Notes under the pieces: model-generated | Seen by the model: only the letters and a program-made list of their open reading frames with translations | The model's database searches: none | What the model was told of the DNA's origin: nothing | Made by a program: the position numbers and the translations under genes | Shown here: positions 22,403 to 32,418 of the stretch, in pieces | Layout: every line of letters begins with the position of its first letter | Numbering within the stretch: position 1 is the first letter of the stretch | Source of the DNA: Leucobacter sp. UBA1945 | GTDB taxonomy: Bacteria > Actinomycetota > Actinomycetes > Actinomycetales > Microbacteriaceae | NCBI GenBank assembly: GCA_002336855.1 | Contig: DDEV01000116.1 | Span: 1,039-65,038 of the forward strand | Direction: 5' to 3' | DNA length: 64,000 nt

Positions 22403-23209
22403 ATGGGTACGTCACGGGTGCTTCGGGTTGCGGTGCTGGGGTTCGGGGCGATCGGGGCGCGCGTCGCGAGCGCGCTCGCCTCGGCCCGGGTGCCAGGTTC
22501 CGTACTCGCCGGGGTGATCACCCGGTCACCCGAGCGAGTTGCACCTTATGGGTACCCGGTAATCGCGCGCGCGGACGCGCCCGTCGCGTGCGATCTCGTG
22601 GTCGAGTGCGCGGGTGTCGCCACGCTTCGCGATGCCGGGCCCGGCCTGATCGCGGCCGGCGTAGACCTGCTGCCCGCGTCGCTCGGGGCGCTCGCCGATC
22701 CTCGCCTACGCACTCAGTTACTTGATTCGGGGCCGGGCCGATGCTTTCTCACCGCAGGAGCCATTGGCGGGCTCGAATTGTTGCAGGCTGCCGCCAGGGA
22801 CGGTGGACTCGACACCGTCTCGCTGACCTCCACGAAACTCGCGTCAACGCTCGCGCAGCCGTGGATGCCGCCCGAGCTGGTGCAGCGGCTGAACGATGCG
22901 CAAGAGGCGTTCACGCTATTCGAGGGATCAGTCAGCGAGGCGATCGAGCGGTTTCCGACGTCGCTCAATATCGGGGTGGCGCTCGCCGCGGCGACCGGCA
23001 TGTGGAGTGAGACCCTGGTTCGGCTCGTCGCAGATCCCGGCGCGCGACTCACCAATCATCGCATTCGCGCGAGCGGACCCTCTGGCGACTACGACTTCTC
23101 GATCACCAACAAGCCTCTCCCCGACTCACCCAGGTCGAGTGCTGTCGTCTCGGCTGCGCTGTTGCGCGGTGTGAGCAGCATCGCCAGGCCGTCGGGGTCG
23201 TTCGTATAG
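22403..23209 (+). CDS. L-aspartate dehydrogenase-like (NadX/DUF108) protein
   Basis: GFGAIG Rossmann motif, VVECAG, SLGAL, GAIGGL, FEGSVSEAIERFP.SLN. Confidence 0.8.
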   Translation: MGTSRVLRVAVLGFGAIGARVASALASARVPGSVLAGVITRSPERVAPYGYPVIARADAPVACDLVVECAGVATLRDAGPGLIAAGVDLLPASLGALADPRLRTQLLDSGPGRCFLTAGAIGGLELLQAAARDGGLDTVSLTSTKLASTLAQPWMPPELVQRLNDAQEAFTLFEGSVSEAIERFPTSLNIGVALAAATGMWSETLVRLVADPGARLTNHRIRASGPSGDYDFSITNKPLPDSPRSSAVVSAALLRGVSSIARPSGSFV

Positions 23210-23244
23210 CGCCTTGAATTGCATCGGTGTGGTTGAGTAGAACC

Positions 23245-23535
23245 ATGTCTACGACTTTCACGTTCAGCGTGGGCGCCCAGGAGCTCCACGAAGTTACCGT
23301 GCTCGTGGCGGGGATTCGCAATCGGGTCACGATCACCGTCGACGGAGCACTCGTGGTCGACAGCGGTGGCAACCTCGGCAATGTGATGCCAAACGTGTTC
23401 GATCTCGAGGTTGGCGTGCACGAGAAGCACATGGTCTCAGTGCGGTTCATCGCTCAGCAGCGCATCGACGGCGGCGCCACCTATATCGATGTCTTCATTG
23501 ACGGTCGGTTTGGGTTTCGCCAGAACTGGGGCTAG
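23245..23535 (+). CDS. Hypothetical 96-aa beta-rich protein with internal duplication
   Basis: ORF fills the gap between genes; two VGxxExHxVxV...DG repeats. Confidence 0.7.
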   Translation: MSTTFTFSVGAQELHEVTVLVAGIRNRVTITVDGALVVDSGGNLGNVMPNVFDLEVGVHEKHMVSVRFIAQQRIDGGATYIDVFIDGRFGFRQNWG

Positions 23536-23577
23536 GTGCTTCGGCGCGAGCGGTCGCTAAGCCCTAGCTGTTGGGTT

Positions 23578-24144
23578 TCAAGCGATGAGTGCACTCGTTT
23601 GTAGCACCGTGGCGAACTCGCCGTGCAGATTCGTTGCCGTCATTGCCGAGATTGCAGAGGCAGCGACCTTCGTTCCATCTGGCGATTCACGGTCGAATGT
23701 GTGCGTGGCGTCGATCGCAAAGTAGGTGTCGTACCCGAGGTTGCCCGCCATTCGAGCTGTCGTCTCGCAGCAGTGGTTCGTCGTGATGCCGCAGATCACC
23801 ACCTGCGAGATTCTCTCTTTCTTGAGCCAGGCATCCAGGTCGGGAGTTCCATAGAAGCTCGAATTTACCTGTTTGCTGATCAGTAGGTTTGGAGACCCCG
23901 TGATCACCTCTTTGAAGTCGTGACCGGGCTGCCCCGGGTGCAACGGAGATGCAGGGTCAGTCGAATCATGCTGCACAAACACCACCGGCCAGGCGTGTCG
24001 CCGCCAATGCGAAAGAAGCGCTTCGATGTTCTGTTCACAGGCCGGGTTGTCGCGAGCACCCCAGTACTCAGAATTATCGAAACCTTGCTGCACATCTATG
24101 ACGAGCAACGCGGGGCGATCGGACATCTCAAAAACCTGAGGCAT
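23578..24144 (-). CDS. Isochorismatase/cysteine hydrolase family
   Basis: LLVIDVQQGF, K..NSSF, GITTNHCCETTAR; start may be 24126. Confidence 0.9.
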   Translation of the reverse strand: MPQVFEMSDRPALLVIDVQQGFDNSEYWGARDNPACEQNIEALLSHWRRHAWPVVFVQHDSTDPASPLHPGQPGHDFKEVITGSPNLLISKQVNSSFYGTPDLDAWLKKERISQVVICGITTNHCCETTARMAGNLGYDTYFAIDATHTFDRESPDGTKVAASAISAMTATNLHGEFATVLQTSALIA

Positions 24145-24197
24145 CCCTCCAGCGTATCCATTCAGGCTCAAGCCCGCCCTCGCTGCACAAAACAATG

Positions 24198-24227
24198 AAG
24201 CGGTGAGACCTTCCGGTCTCACCGCTT
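24198..24227 (-). terminator. Intrinsic terminator after tRNA-Leu
   Basis: 13-bp perfect stem AAGCGGTGAGACC/GGTCTCACCGCTT followed by CATTGTTTT on minus strand. Confidence 0.85.
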
Positions 24228-24232
24228 GTTCG

Positions 24233-24314
<82 letters not shown>

Positions 24315-24371
24315 GAACCTCTCTAGCTTAGTACGGGCGCGGTGAGCGTCGCACAGTCGCGCCTCACCGCC

Positions 24372-25637
24372 TCACCGCCCGAGCATCTCGTTCGCCGCAT
24401 CAATATACGCCACCAGGCCGGGCACTCCCGAGCGCGTTGCACTCTGAGCGAGCGAGCGCAGATTGCCTGCCTCAGTCTCGGATGCCTCGGGGGCCACCGT
24501 AATAACATTCTCTGCAGCGTCGGGCGCGAGTTCGGCAGCCTCCAAGGTATCTATGCCCGCCCTTGCCCAGAACTCTTCGAAGCGCTTCTCAGATGCATCA
24601 CTCTTCACCCGAGCCTCGCCGAGGGCTTCACCAGCAAGCTCCTTCTTGCGAGCGATGTCTGCGAGAGCCCACGGCATCACCCAGAACGAGGTCGGCTCTT
24701 TCACGACCTGGGTCGAGGAATCCCAACCTGCGAGCCCGGACAAATGTTCCGCGAAACCCCGGCTCCCCTGCGAGACCTCGTCGGCTCCGAGCTCCGGCAT
24801 CCGCACAATGTGAGCAGCGATTGCCCGACGCATCTCATCGGCGGCTTGCTCGCAGCTCGTCATATCGAGCGTGTCGAGGGCCGCGCGGCTGCGCTCTACC
24901 TGCTGACCGAGCTGCGCAAGCTCCGCCTCGGGAAGCACGGGTGGTGAGGTGTGCGCGAGCGCAGCCTCGAGCTCATTCAGCGCAGCCTCGTGACCGGGCA
25001 CGCTCAGGCACTCCGCCGCATCGTGCACCTGAACATCTCGCAGCTTGGACTCGGTCGTGCGCTGATTCGAATAGAGATCTCTCGCGCTCGCTTCGTACTG
25101 CTGCGCAACCACGCTCTGCGCAAGCAAAATGACGGTCACGGCGAGCGAGACAATGAGGCCTATTCGCGGCCAGCGGGCGCCCTTCGGGGCACCGGCGACA
25201 GTGGCCCAAAAGCAGATCTGCAGCAACACGGTGAGTGCGCCAAGAAAACCGAGCACCGGAAGCGTAGCGCCTCCCAGCGCTATTGCGCCGCCCCCGACCA
25301 CCACGGCAGCGCAGCCCCAGATGCTCGCGCGCACCCATCGGTTCAAGTCTGACCGTGACGGGTCGTTCGCGGTCTTCACCGCAACAACCGCTGCACAGAT
25401 GAACAGCCCGATCAGCAAGAAGGGCAGCAAGAAGAACCAGGTCATTGCCAGAACCGCAAACCCCAGGTATGCAGCCGCATCACCCGCAAACACGAATGGC
25501 AGTGGCGCCAGAAGCACAAAAGCGGTGATCCAGCCGAGCACTTTCGCAGTGCGTTTTGCTCGCTGCACGGTATCGCGTTTCGCGGCGGAGGTCTGCTGTT
25601 GCTGCTCGCGCCGCGAGACAGCGTCATCGACCGCCAT
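24372..25637 (-). CDS. Hypothetical membrane protein (about 5 TM helices plus helical C-terminal domain)
   Basis: Hydrophobic N-half, Ala/Glu-rich C-half; starts 3 nt after the fusion gene stop. Confidence 0.7.
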   Translation of the reverse strand: MAVDDAVSRREQQQQTSAAKRDTVQRAKRTAKVLGWITAFVLLAPLPFVFAGDAAAYLGFAVLAMTWFFLLPFLLIGLFICAAVVAVKTANDPSRSDLNRWVRASIWGCAAVVVGGGAIALGGATLPVLGFLGALTVLLQICFWATVAGAPKGARWPRIGLIVSLAVTVILLAQSVVAQQYEASARDLYSNQRTTESKLRDVQVHDAAECLSVPGHEAALNELEAALAHTSPPVLPEAELAQLGQQVERSRAALDTLDMTSCEQAADEMRRAIAAHIVRMPELGADEVSQGSRGFAEHLSGLAGWDSSTQVVKEPTSFWVMPWALADIARKKELAGEALGEARVKSDASEKRFEEFWARAGIDTLEAAELAPDAAENVITVAPEASETEAGNLRSLAQSATRSGVPGLVAYIDAANEMLGR

Positions 25638-25640
25638 CGA

Positions 25641-28640
25641 TCACCAGCCCTCGCTCAGCACCCGATCGAGCTGGGCCACCACGAAGTCGGCACTCTCTTC
25701 GGTGAGGCACAGCGGCGGCTTCACCTTGAGCACGTTCGAGCGCTCCGAGGTGGTAAGCACGATCACGCCGAGTTCGCGCAGTCGCTCGCAGATCGCCGCG
25801 GCCTCCTCTTTCGCCGGCTCCATCGTGTCGCGGTCGCGCACCAGCTCGACGCCGAGATAGAGCCCCTCGCCGTGGATCGGCCCGATCAGCCGATGCTTCT
25901 CGGCGAGCGCGGAGAACCCCGCGATCAGGCGATTGCCCACGACGCGCGCGTTCTCTTGCAAGCCTTCGTCGCGCATCGCATCGAGCACCGCAATGCCGAC
26001 CCGGCACGACAGCGGGTTGCCGCCCGCCGACGAGAAGAACTGCCCCTGCGACGAGAGCGCATCGGCCACGCGCTTCGAGGTGATCACGCCGCCGATCGGA
26101 AACCCGTTGCCCATCGGTTTCGCGATCGCGATGATGTCTGGCGTCACCCCCGATTGCTCGAAGCCCCAGAAGCTCGAGCCCATTCGACCGAAGCCGACCT
26201 GCACCTCGTCGGCGATGCACAGGCCGCCGGCCGCGCGCACCGCGTCATACGCCGCCGCGAGGTACCCCGAGGGCAGCATGACTCCCCCGGCGTTGCCGAG
26301 CACCGATTCGCAGATGAACCCGCCGACGGGCCGGCCGTCGGCCCCGAGGGCGCGCAGCTCAGCAGCAAGATCTGCGGCATAAGAGGCGCCGATAGACGCG
26401 TCGTCAGCGGGGCCGCGATACGTGCCCCGAAAGCGATTCGGCACGTCGGCGACGTGCACCCAGTCGGGCCGGTTCTCGAGGGCGAACGGGTTGTCGTATG
26501 CGCTGGTCGTCACGGCATCGCTCGCCATGGTCCACCCGTGGTAGGCCTCGCGCAGCGCGACGATCGTTTTGCGCCCCGAGGCCGCCTGTGCGAGGCGCAG
26601 GGCCAGATCCACCGCCTCAGAACCCGAGTTCACGAGCAGCACCGTGTCGAGCCCGGTGCCAGCCGGAAGTTTCTCGAGCAGCCGCTCACTGTATTCTGCA
26701 AGCTCGCGGTACAGGAAGCGCGAGTTCGTGTTCAGCACGCGAATCTGGCGGTTCACCGCGTCGGCGACGCCGGGGTGGCCGTGGCCGAGCCCGGTCACGT
26801 TGTTGACCATATCGACATACGACCGCCCGGTGGTGTCGACGAGGTGGTGCCGCCAGCCGCGCTCGATCTGCATCGGCTCCTCGTAGTAGCGCTCTTGCGC
26901 GCTCGCGAAGATTTGTTCGCGGCGCAGCTGCTCGTCGCCGGATTCGTCGCGTTGCACGAGCGATGCGAGGCCGAGGATCGCGGCCGGGTCGTGCGTGAAC
27001 CGCCGCCAGGCCGGCACGCGCTCGGGTGTGAGCATGAGAGGCCGGTGCGGATCGCCTGCCGCGACGAACTGAATCTGCCGCGGCACGTCTCGGCGACGCA
27101 GGCCGACGACGAGAGGCCCACCCCCTGCAAGCTGGCCGAGAGGCACGCCGGCCTCGACCTCGTCGCCGAGCAGAACCGAGGGCAGCACACCCATGATCTG
27201 CAGGCTCCACCCGTTCGCGGTGTCGAGCACGACGGAGCTGTCAGAGAACCCAGCAACCGTACCGCCGAGGGGGGCGTGCACCTTACCCACGAGCCCCGAT
27301 CGAACAAACACTTCGGTGTCAGCAGGCCAGGTCGCCGCCGCGTCACTCGAATCGACCGCGGTTCCGGTCAGACGGTACACCCCGTACGGCAGCACCGCGG
27401 CCTCGGCTCCCCCGGCAAACGCGTCGGCGACGAGGCCTGCCTCGGCGTCAGGTTCAAGCCAGCGACCAGACGCGAGCGCCTCGCTCTCGACACCGGGGTC
27501 GACCACCGCGACTTCACCCTCGAGCCACGGCAGCAGCGACCGCAGCGGGGCGAGCGTGCCCTCACCGACAGGCGGCGCGGGCGCCACCACGAGCTTCAGT
27601 TCGGCCCCCGCAGCGATGCCCTGATGCCCGAGCTCGGCAAGTACCAGCTCGGTCATCTCGGCAAGCGGGTACTGAGTCGCCGCGTCGAAGATCGCCTGCT
27701 CGCCGGCGATGCGATCGCGCGCGTAGTCATTGTCGCCGTCGATCTGCAGCTGACGCCAGCCGCTTGCTACCAGCAGCGCCGCCCGCAACGCGACCAGCGG
27801 CCAGAGCGCGCGAGCCTCGGCGACAGACAGGCGGGCGTCGCGGTGAAACGCGCGCACGGCCCGAAGCACTGCGAGCGGGCGCTCGGGCTCGTGGTGCAGC
27901 AGCGAGCTCAGCGTCACCGCGAGCTCGGCAACACGCCAGCCGTAGCTGAGGTCGCCCAAGTCGAGCACGGTGTGCGGGTGCAGCCGAGTGTCGTCGCCGC
28001 GTGCGCCCATCACATTGTCGTCGGTGAGGTCGCCGTGAATCGCCTGCACAGGCAGCGCGTCAGCGACGAGCGAAAGCGCGGCATGCGCGTCTTCGGCCGC
28101 ATCGAGCACGCGGGATCGCAGCGCCTCGTCTTCGATGGACGCCGCGAGCCGCAGCGTCTCTTCGTGCGCGACCCGCATGTCCCAGATGCTCGGCACCTCA
28201 AGCCCCGCGTGGTCGAGGCCGGCGAGCGCGTTCACTGAAGCCGCAGCAAGCGCTCCGAACTCCGAGATGACCACCGGCGCCAAGTACCCGCAGTCGAGCA
28301 TCGGCTCTCCGGCGGCGAACTCGCTTCGCCGCGCCGCGAAGCCGTTCCAGCGCTGCGTGATCTCGCCGTCGAGCCCGGGCAGCATTGCCGCGACGGCAAC
28401 GCCAGCCGCGCGATACGCCTCGAGCGCGGCATGCTGTGCCTCTCGTGCCGCATCTGAGAATGCCTGGTTGTCGATGCGCAGCACGCTCTTCGCACCATCT
28501 GGCTCGGTCAGCAGAAAGTTGCGATCCTGGTTGCTTCCCAGCTCGCTCGCCACCACCTCGATTCCGTAACGCTCGAAGGCGATGCGCGCGGCGTCGCTCT
28601 CGGTCACGTCGGGCCGAACCAGCCCACCGGCGTCGCTCAT
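25641..28640 (-). CDS. Fusion of APH-like kinase, degenerate M23-like domain and class-III PLP aminotransferase/phospho-lyase
   Basis: HGDLTDDN and DLGD kinase motifs; HAPLGGTV...GDEVEAG; NSGSEA, DEVQVGFGR, AKPMGNG; ATGA overlap with rdgB. Confidence 0.88.
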   Translation of the reverse strand: MSDAGGLVRPDVTESDAARIAFERYGIEVVASELGSNQDRNFLLTEPDGAKSVLRIDNQAFSDAAREAQHAALEAYRAAGVAVAAMLPGLDGEITQRWNGFAARRSEFAAGEPMLDCGYLAPVVISEFGALAAASVNALAGLDHAGLEVPSIWDMRVAHEETLRLAASIEDEALRSRVLDAAEDAHAALSLVADALPVQAIHGDLTDDNVMGARGDDTRLHPHTVLDLGDLSYGWRVAELAVTLSSLLHHEPERPLAVLRAVRAFHRDARLSVAEARALWPLVALRAALLVASGWRQLQIDGDNDYARDRIAGEQAIFDAATQYPLAEMTELVLAELGHQGIAAGAELKLVVAPAPPVGEGTLAPLRSLLPWLEGEVAVVDPGVESEALASGRWLEPDAEAGLVADAFAGGAEAAVLPYGVYRLTGTAVDSSDAAATWPADTEVFVRSGLVGKVHAPLGGTVAGFSDSSVVLDTANGWSLQIMGVLPSVLLGDEVEAGVPLGQLAGGGPLVVGLRRRDVPRQIQFVAAGDPHRPLMLTPERVPAWRRFTHDPAAILGLASLVQRDESGDEQLRREQIFASAQERYYEEPMQIERGWRHHLVDTTGRSYVDMVNNVTGLGHGHPGVADAVNRQIRVLNTNSRFLYRELAEYSERLLEKLPAGTGLDTVLLVNSGSEAVDLALRLAQAASGRKTIVALREAYHGWTMASDAVTTSAYDNPFALENRPDWVHVADVPNRFRGTYRGPADDASIGASYAADLAAELRALGADGRPVGGFICESVLGNAGGVMLPSGYLAAAYDAVRAAGGLCIADEVQVGFGRMGSSFWGFEQSGVTPDIIAIAKPMGNGFPIGGVITSKRVADALSSQGQFFSSAGGNPLSCRVGIAVLDAMRDEGLQENARVVGNRLIAGFSALAEKHRLIGPIHGEGLYLGVELVRDRDTMEPAKEEAAAICERLRELGVIVLTTSERSNVLKVKPPLCLTEESADFVVAQLDRVLSEGW

Positions 28641-29251
28641 GGCAGCCTCCTCAGCAGCTCCTTCGAGAGCGCGGTGAACGCGCGGCGCCGATGCGACACC
28701 GCGTCTTTTTCTTCTGCAGTCATCTGCGCGGCAGAGCGGGTCTCGCCCTCGGGCAGAAACACCGGGTCGTAGCCGAAGCCGCCCTCGCCTGCGGGAGCGC
28801 GCAGCACTGATCCTCGCCATGCCGCGAGCACCGAGACCTCGTCGCCGTCATCACCGCTCCCGGAAGCACCCGGCGGCAGCGCCAGCGCCGCGGCGCACAT
28901 GAACGCGGCGCCCCGGTGCTCGTCGGCAAGGTCAGACAGCTGCCAGAGCAACAGATCGACATTGCCTGAGTCGCTGCGCTCGGGGCCGCCCCAGCGCGCC
29001 GAGAAGATGCCCGGGCACCCGCCCAGCACATCGACAGAGATGCCCGAGTCATCGGCGATCGCGGGCAACCCGGTGTGCGCGGCGGCAGCGCGAGCCTTGA
29101 GCAGCGCGTTCTCTTCGAACGTCACGCCGCTCTCGACGGGCTCGGGGCCGTCATAGCCGATCAGCTCGATGCCAGGCACGAGCGGAGCGAGCACGCGACG
29201 CAGCTCTTCGAGCTTGTGGGCGTTGTGCGAGGCGAGCACTACCTGAGCCAT
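28637..29251 (-). CDS. rdgB: dITP/XTP pyrophosphatase
   Basis: ASHNAHK, ADDSGI, GGFGYDPVF, SHR. Confidence 0.95.
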   Translation of the reverse strand: MAQVVLASHNAHKLEELRRVLAPLVPGIELIGYDGPEPVESGVTFEENALLKARAAAAHTGLPAIADDSGISVDVLGGCPGIFSARWGGPERSDSGNVDLLLWQLSDLADEHRGAAFMCAAALALPPGASGSGDDGDEVSVLAAWRGSVLRAPAGEGGFGYDPVFLPEGETRSAAQMTAEEKDAVSHRRRAFTALSKELLRRLP

Positions 29252-29259
29252 GCGCGGCC

Positions 29260-29994
29260 TCAGCTCTGGAGCGCGGCGAGCTGCAGCTCGCGCAGTTCGC
29301 CGGTCGAGACGATCGCCAGGTCGAGCAGGCTGTCGAGCTCGGCGCGCGAGAACGGTGCGCCCTCGGCGGTGCCCTGCACCTCGACGAAGCCCCCTCGGCC
29401 CGTCACGACGACGTTCATGTCGGTCTCGGCCCGCACGTCTTCGACGTAGGCGAGGTCAGAGAGCGGCACGCCGTCGACGATGCCGACCGAGACTGCCGCG
29501 ACGCTATCGGTGAGCGGCACCGCGTTCTTGGCGACGTAGCCCTTCGTGCGCGCCCACTCGATCGCCTCGGCGAGCGCCACGTAGGCTCCGGTGATCGAGG
29601 CGGTGCGAGTGCCTCCGTCTGCCTGCAGCACGTCGCAGTCGATCACGAGGGTGTTCTCACCGAGCGCCTTCATGTCGACCACTGCGCGCAGGCTGCGACC
29701 GATCAGGCGCGAGATCTCGTGCGTGCGGCCGCCGATCTTGCCCTTCACCGACTCGCGCGCCATGCGTTCGTTCGTCGAACGCGGCAGCATCGAGTATTCG
29801 GCAGTCACCCAGCCCTTGCCCTGGCCGCGCAACCACGGCGGAACCCCCGGAGTGAACGACGCGGTGCAGAGCACCCTCGTCGCGCCGAAGCTGATGAGCG
29901 CACTGCCCTCGGCCTGCGCGCTCCAGCCGCGCTCGATGGTGACCTCGCGCATCTGCTGTGGGGTGCGGCCGTCTGCTCGCAATTGGCTACTCAT
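29260..29994 (-). CDS. rph: Ribonuclease PH
   Basis: [37 protein letters not shown]. Confidence 0.97.
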   Translation of the reverse strand: MSSQLRADGRTPQQMREVTIERGWSAQAEGSALISFGATRVLCTASFTPGVPPWLRGQGKGWVTAEYSMLPRSTNERMARESVKGKIGGRTHEISRLIGRSLRAVVDMKALGENTLVIDCDVLQADGGTRTASITGAYVALAEAIEWARTKGYVAKNAVPLTDSVAAVSVGIVDGVPLSDLAYVEDVRAETDMNVVVTGRGGFVEVQGTAEGAPFSRAELDSLLDLAIVSTGELRELQLAALQS

Positions 29995-30853
29995 CTTGAC
30001 TCTCCTCGTGATTGGTGAAGTTCGGCAGTCGGATGGCGCCCGTCTGCAAGTGGTCGACGGCGTCGATGCCGATCCCGAGCATGCGCCTGGCAAGCTCGAC
30101 AAACCCCGCGGTGTCTTCGCCAGTGGCCTCGTAACGCACCGTTGGCTCGCCCGCGTTCGGTGCGCGCAGCAGCCCGCGGTCGGTGAGCACCCGATACACC
30201 TCGCCGGCTGTCTCGACGTCGCTCGACACGAGCGCGACCTGCCGCCCGACGACCTGGCTGATAGCGCCGCGCAAGAACGGATAGTGGGTGCAGCCGAGCA
30301 CGAGCGTGTCGATCTGCTGCGCCATGAGCGGCGCCAGGTACTGCTGAGCCACCTCGAGCACCTCGGGCCCGCTCGTCTGGCCCGCCTCGACGAGTTCGAC
30401 GAAGCGCGGGCAGGCCTGCGAGCTCAGCTCGATATCGGGCCGCATGCTGAACAGGTCGTCGTAGACCCGCGACTGAATGGTGCCCTGGGTGCCGATAAGC
30501 CCGACGCGCTGGTTGCGGGTGATCGAAATCGCGCTGCGCACGGTTGGGCCGATCACCTCAACCACCGGCACGTCGTAGCGCTCGTGCGCGTCGCGCAGCA
30601 TCGCGGCGCTCGCGGTATTGCAGGCGATCACGAGCATCTTCACGCCCTGCGCCACGAGCCCGTCGAGAATCTCGAGCGCATATCTGCGCACCTCTGCGAT
30701 CGGCCTCGGCCCGTAGGGCGTGTGTGCGGTGTCGCCGACGTAGATCATCGACTCGTTCGGCAGCATGTCGCGAATCGCGCGGGCAACCGTGAGCCCGCCC
30801 ACGCCCGAGTCGAAGACACCGATCGGCCGGTCGTTCACGTGCTGCTCACTCAC
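29987..30853 (-). CDS. murI: Glutamate racemase
   Basis: FDSGVGG, ACNTAS, LGCTHYP. Confidence 0.96.
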   Translation of the reverse strand: MSEQHVNDRPIGVFDSGVGGLTVARAIRDMLPNESMIYVGDTAHTPYGPRPIAEVRRYALEILDGLVAQGVKMLVIACNTASAAMLRDAHERYDVPVVEVIGPTVRSAISITRNQRVGLIGTQGTIQSRVYDDLFSMRPDIELSSQACPRFVELVEAGQTSGPEVLEVAQQYLAPLMAQQIDTLVLGCTHYPFLRGAISQVVGRQVALVSSDVETAGEVYRVLTDRGLLRAPNAGEPTVRYEATGEDTAGFVELARRMLGIGIDAVDHLQTGAIRLPNFTNHEESQDE

Positions 30854-30888
30854 CCGTTCAGCCTAGCGCCTGGGCGACTTCGCGCGGG

Positions 30889-31536
30889 CTACTTGATCCA
30901 GCTCTTGCGGTGGTGCTCGCTGAGCCCATGCGTCGCGATGCCGTCATAGTGCACTTTCGCCCCGTAGCCCTTGTTTGACGCCCAGGCATAGTGCGGTTCG
31001 GCTTCGTGCGCCTCGCGCATCACCTGATCGCGATCGACCTTCGCGCGCACGGAGGCGGCGGCGACACTCGCGCACGCGCGGTCGCCCCCGACCATCGTGT
31101 GCACGTTGAGCGGAGCGCGCAGCACGGGCGAGAGCCAGTCGTGTTTTCCATCGACGAGGATCACCGCACGGGCCACCGGCACACCTGCCCGGTGCAGGCT
31201 GAGCAACGCCCTGCGGCCTGCCTCGCCGAGCGCCCAGGTGATCCCCCGCGCATCGATCTCGGCCGCACTCACGTAACCGACCGCCCCGTGCCCCCACTCG
31301 GCAACGAGCGGGGCGAGCAGTTCGCGCTTCTTCTCGCTCAGCAGCTTCGAGTCGCGAAGACCCAGCGGAAACGGTGATCCGGGGGCACTGACCGCGTGCA
31401 CACCCACGGCTACAGGGCCGGCGATTGCCCCGCGGCCCACCTCGTCGATCCCGATTACGAGCTCGTGGCCCGCCGCGAAGCAGGATTCTTCGAACTCGAG
31501 TGTCGGGTCTTTCGAGACGACCTGGTCACTCGCCAT
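30889..31536 (-). CDS. rnhB: Ribonuclease HII
   Basis: DEVGRGAIAGP, RDSK, AAASVRAK, NKGYG, HRKSW. Confidence 0.94.
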   Translation of the reverse strand: MASDQVVSKDPTLEFEESCFAAGHELVIGIDEVGRGAIAGPVAVGVHAVSAPGSPFPLGLRDSKLLSEKKRELLAPLVAEWGHGAVGYVSAAEIDARGITWALGEAGRRALLSLHRAGVPVARAVILVDGKHDWLSPVLRAPLNVHTMVGGDRACASVAAASVRAKVDRDQVMREAHEAEPHYAWASNKGYGAKVHYDGIATHGLSEHHRKSWIK

Positions 31537-32293
31537 CTGTGGCCTTCTGGTCGCCCGCAGTATCGTTCGCGCCGCTGTCTGCCGCCTCGGCCACCCCGGT
31601 GAACGTATTCGGGTAGTTGTCGAGCCAGGTGAATCGCGAGAAAGGCCAGTTCAGCACGAACGCCCTGCCGACGATCTCGTCTTCAGAGACGAAGCCGCGG
31701 CCAGGCTCGTCTTGGTGGTAACGCGAGTCCATGCTCGAATAGCGGTTGTCGCCCATCACCCAGACCGAGCCCTCGGGCACGACCACGTCGAAGTCGATCT
31801 CTGAGACCCGGTTCTTGCCCTCGGGCACGACTGCATACGGCTCGTCGAGGGGCACGCCGTTAACGGTGACACGGCCGTTCGCGTCGCAGCAGGCAACCCG
31901 GTCGCCGCCGACGCCGATCACGCGTTTCACGACGTAGTCGGCGCTCGTGTCGGCGGCGAGGCCCAACACCTGCAACACCTTTTCGACTGGAGTGGGTGAG
32001 GGCATCTGCGCGCTCGGCGGCAGGCTGAGCCACCCGCCCGGGTCTCGAAACACGACGACATCGCCGCGCTGCACGTCGACCATGCCCGGCACCAGTTGGT
32101 TCACCAGAATGCGGTCGTTGACCTCGAGCGTGTGCTCCATCGAGCCCGAGGGAATGTAGAAGCTGCGCACCAAGAACGTCTTCAAAAAGAACGACACGGT
32201 GAAGGCGACCACCAGAATCACCAGCAAATCGCGCAGAAACCGCAGCAAGCTGCTGACCGGCCCCGCGTGTCGGTCTGCGGTGTGCTGGCTCAT
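31526..32293 (-). CDS. lepB: Signal peptidase I
   Basis: IPSGSM, VKRVIG, GDNRYSSMDSR. Confidence 0.95.
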   Translation of the reverse strand: MSQHTADRHAGPVSSLLRFLRDLLVILVVAFTVSFFLKTFLVRSFYIPSGSMEHTLEVNDRILVNQLVPGMVDVQRGDVVVFRDPGGWLSLPPSAQMPSPTPVEKVLQVLGLAADTSADYVVKRVIGVGGDRVACCDANGRVTVNGVPLDEPYAVVPEGKNRVSEIDFDVVVPEGSVWVMGDNRYSSMDSRYHQDEPGRGFVSEDEIVGRAFVLNWPFSRFTWLDNYPNTFTGVAEAADSGANDTAGDQKATDGE

Positions 32294-32362
32294 GTGGCTC
32301 CGATACTTCGTGACGCTAACAAATGCGGGGGCGCGGTACTTCAATTATGGCGCGGAAAACAC

Positions 32363-32397
32363 TTCAGGCTCTCACCCTGAACCGGGGAGAGCCTGAA
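32363..32397 (-). terminator. Intrinsic terminator after rplS
   Basis: TTCAGGCTCTC/GAGAGCCTGAA stem followed by GTGTTTT on minus strand. Confidence 0.75.
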
Positions 32398-32418
32398 TGC
32401 GTGGTCAGAAAAGACGAC

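Noticed and set aside
25599-28238. 879-aa plus-strand ORF and other long antisense ORFs (46802..48730, 51892..53814, 42035..43468, 37047..38522)
   Set aside because: They mirror well-supported genes on the other strand, have no motifs, and are expected shadow ORFs in high-GC DNA.
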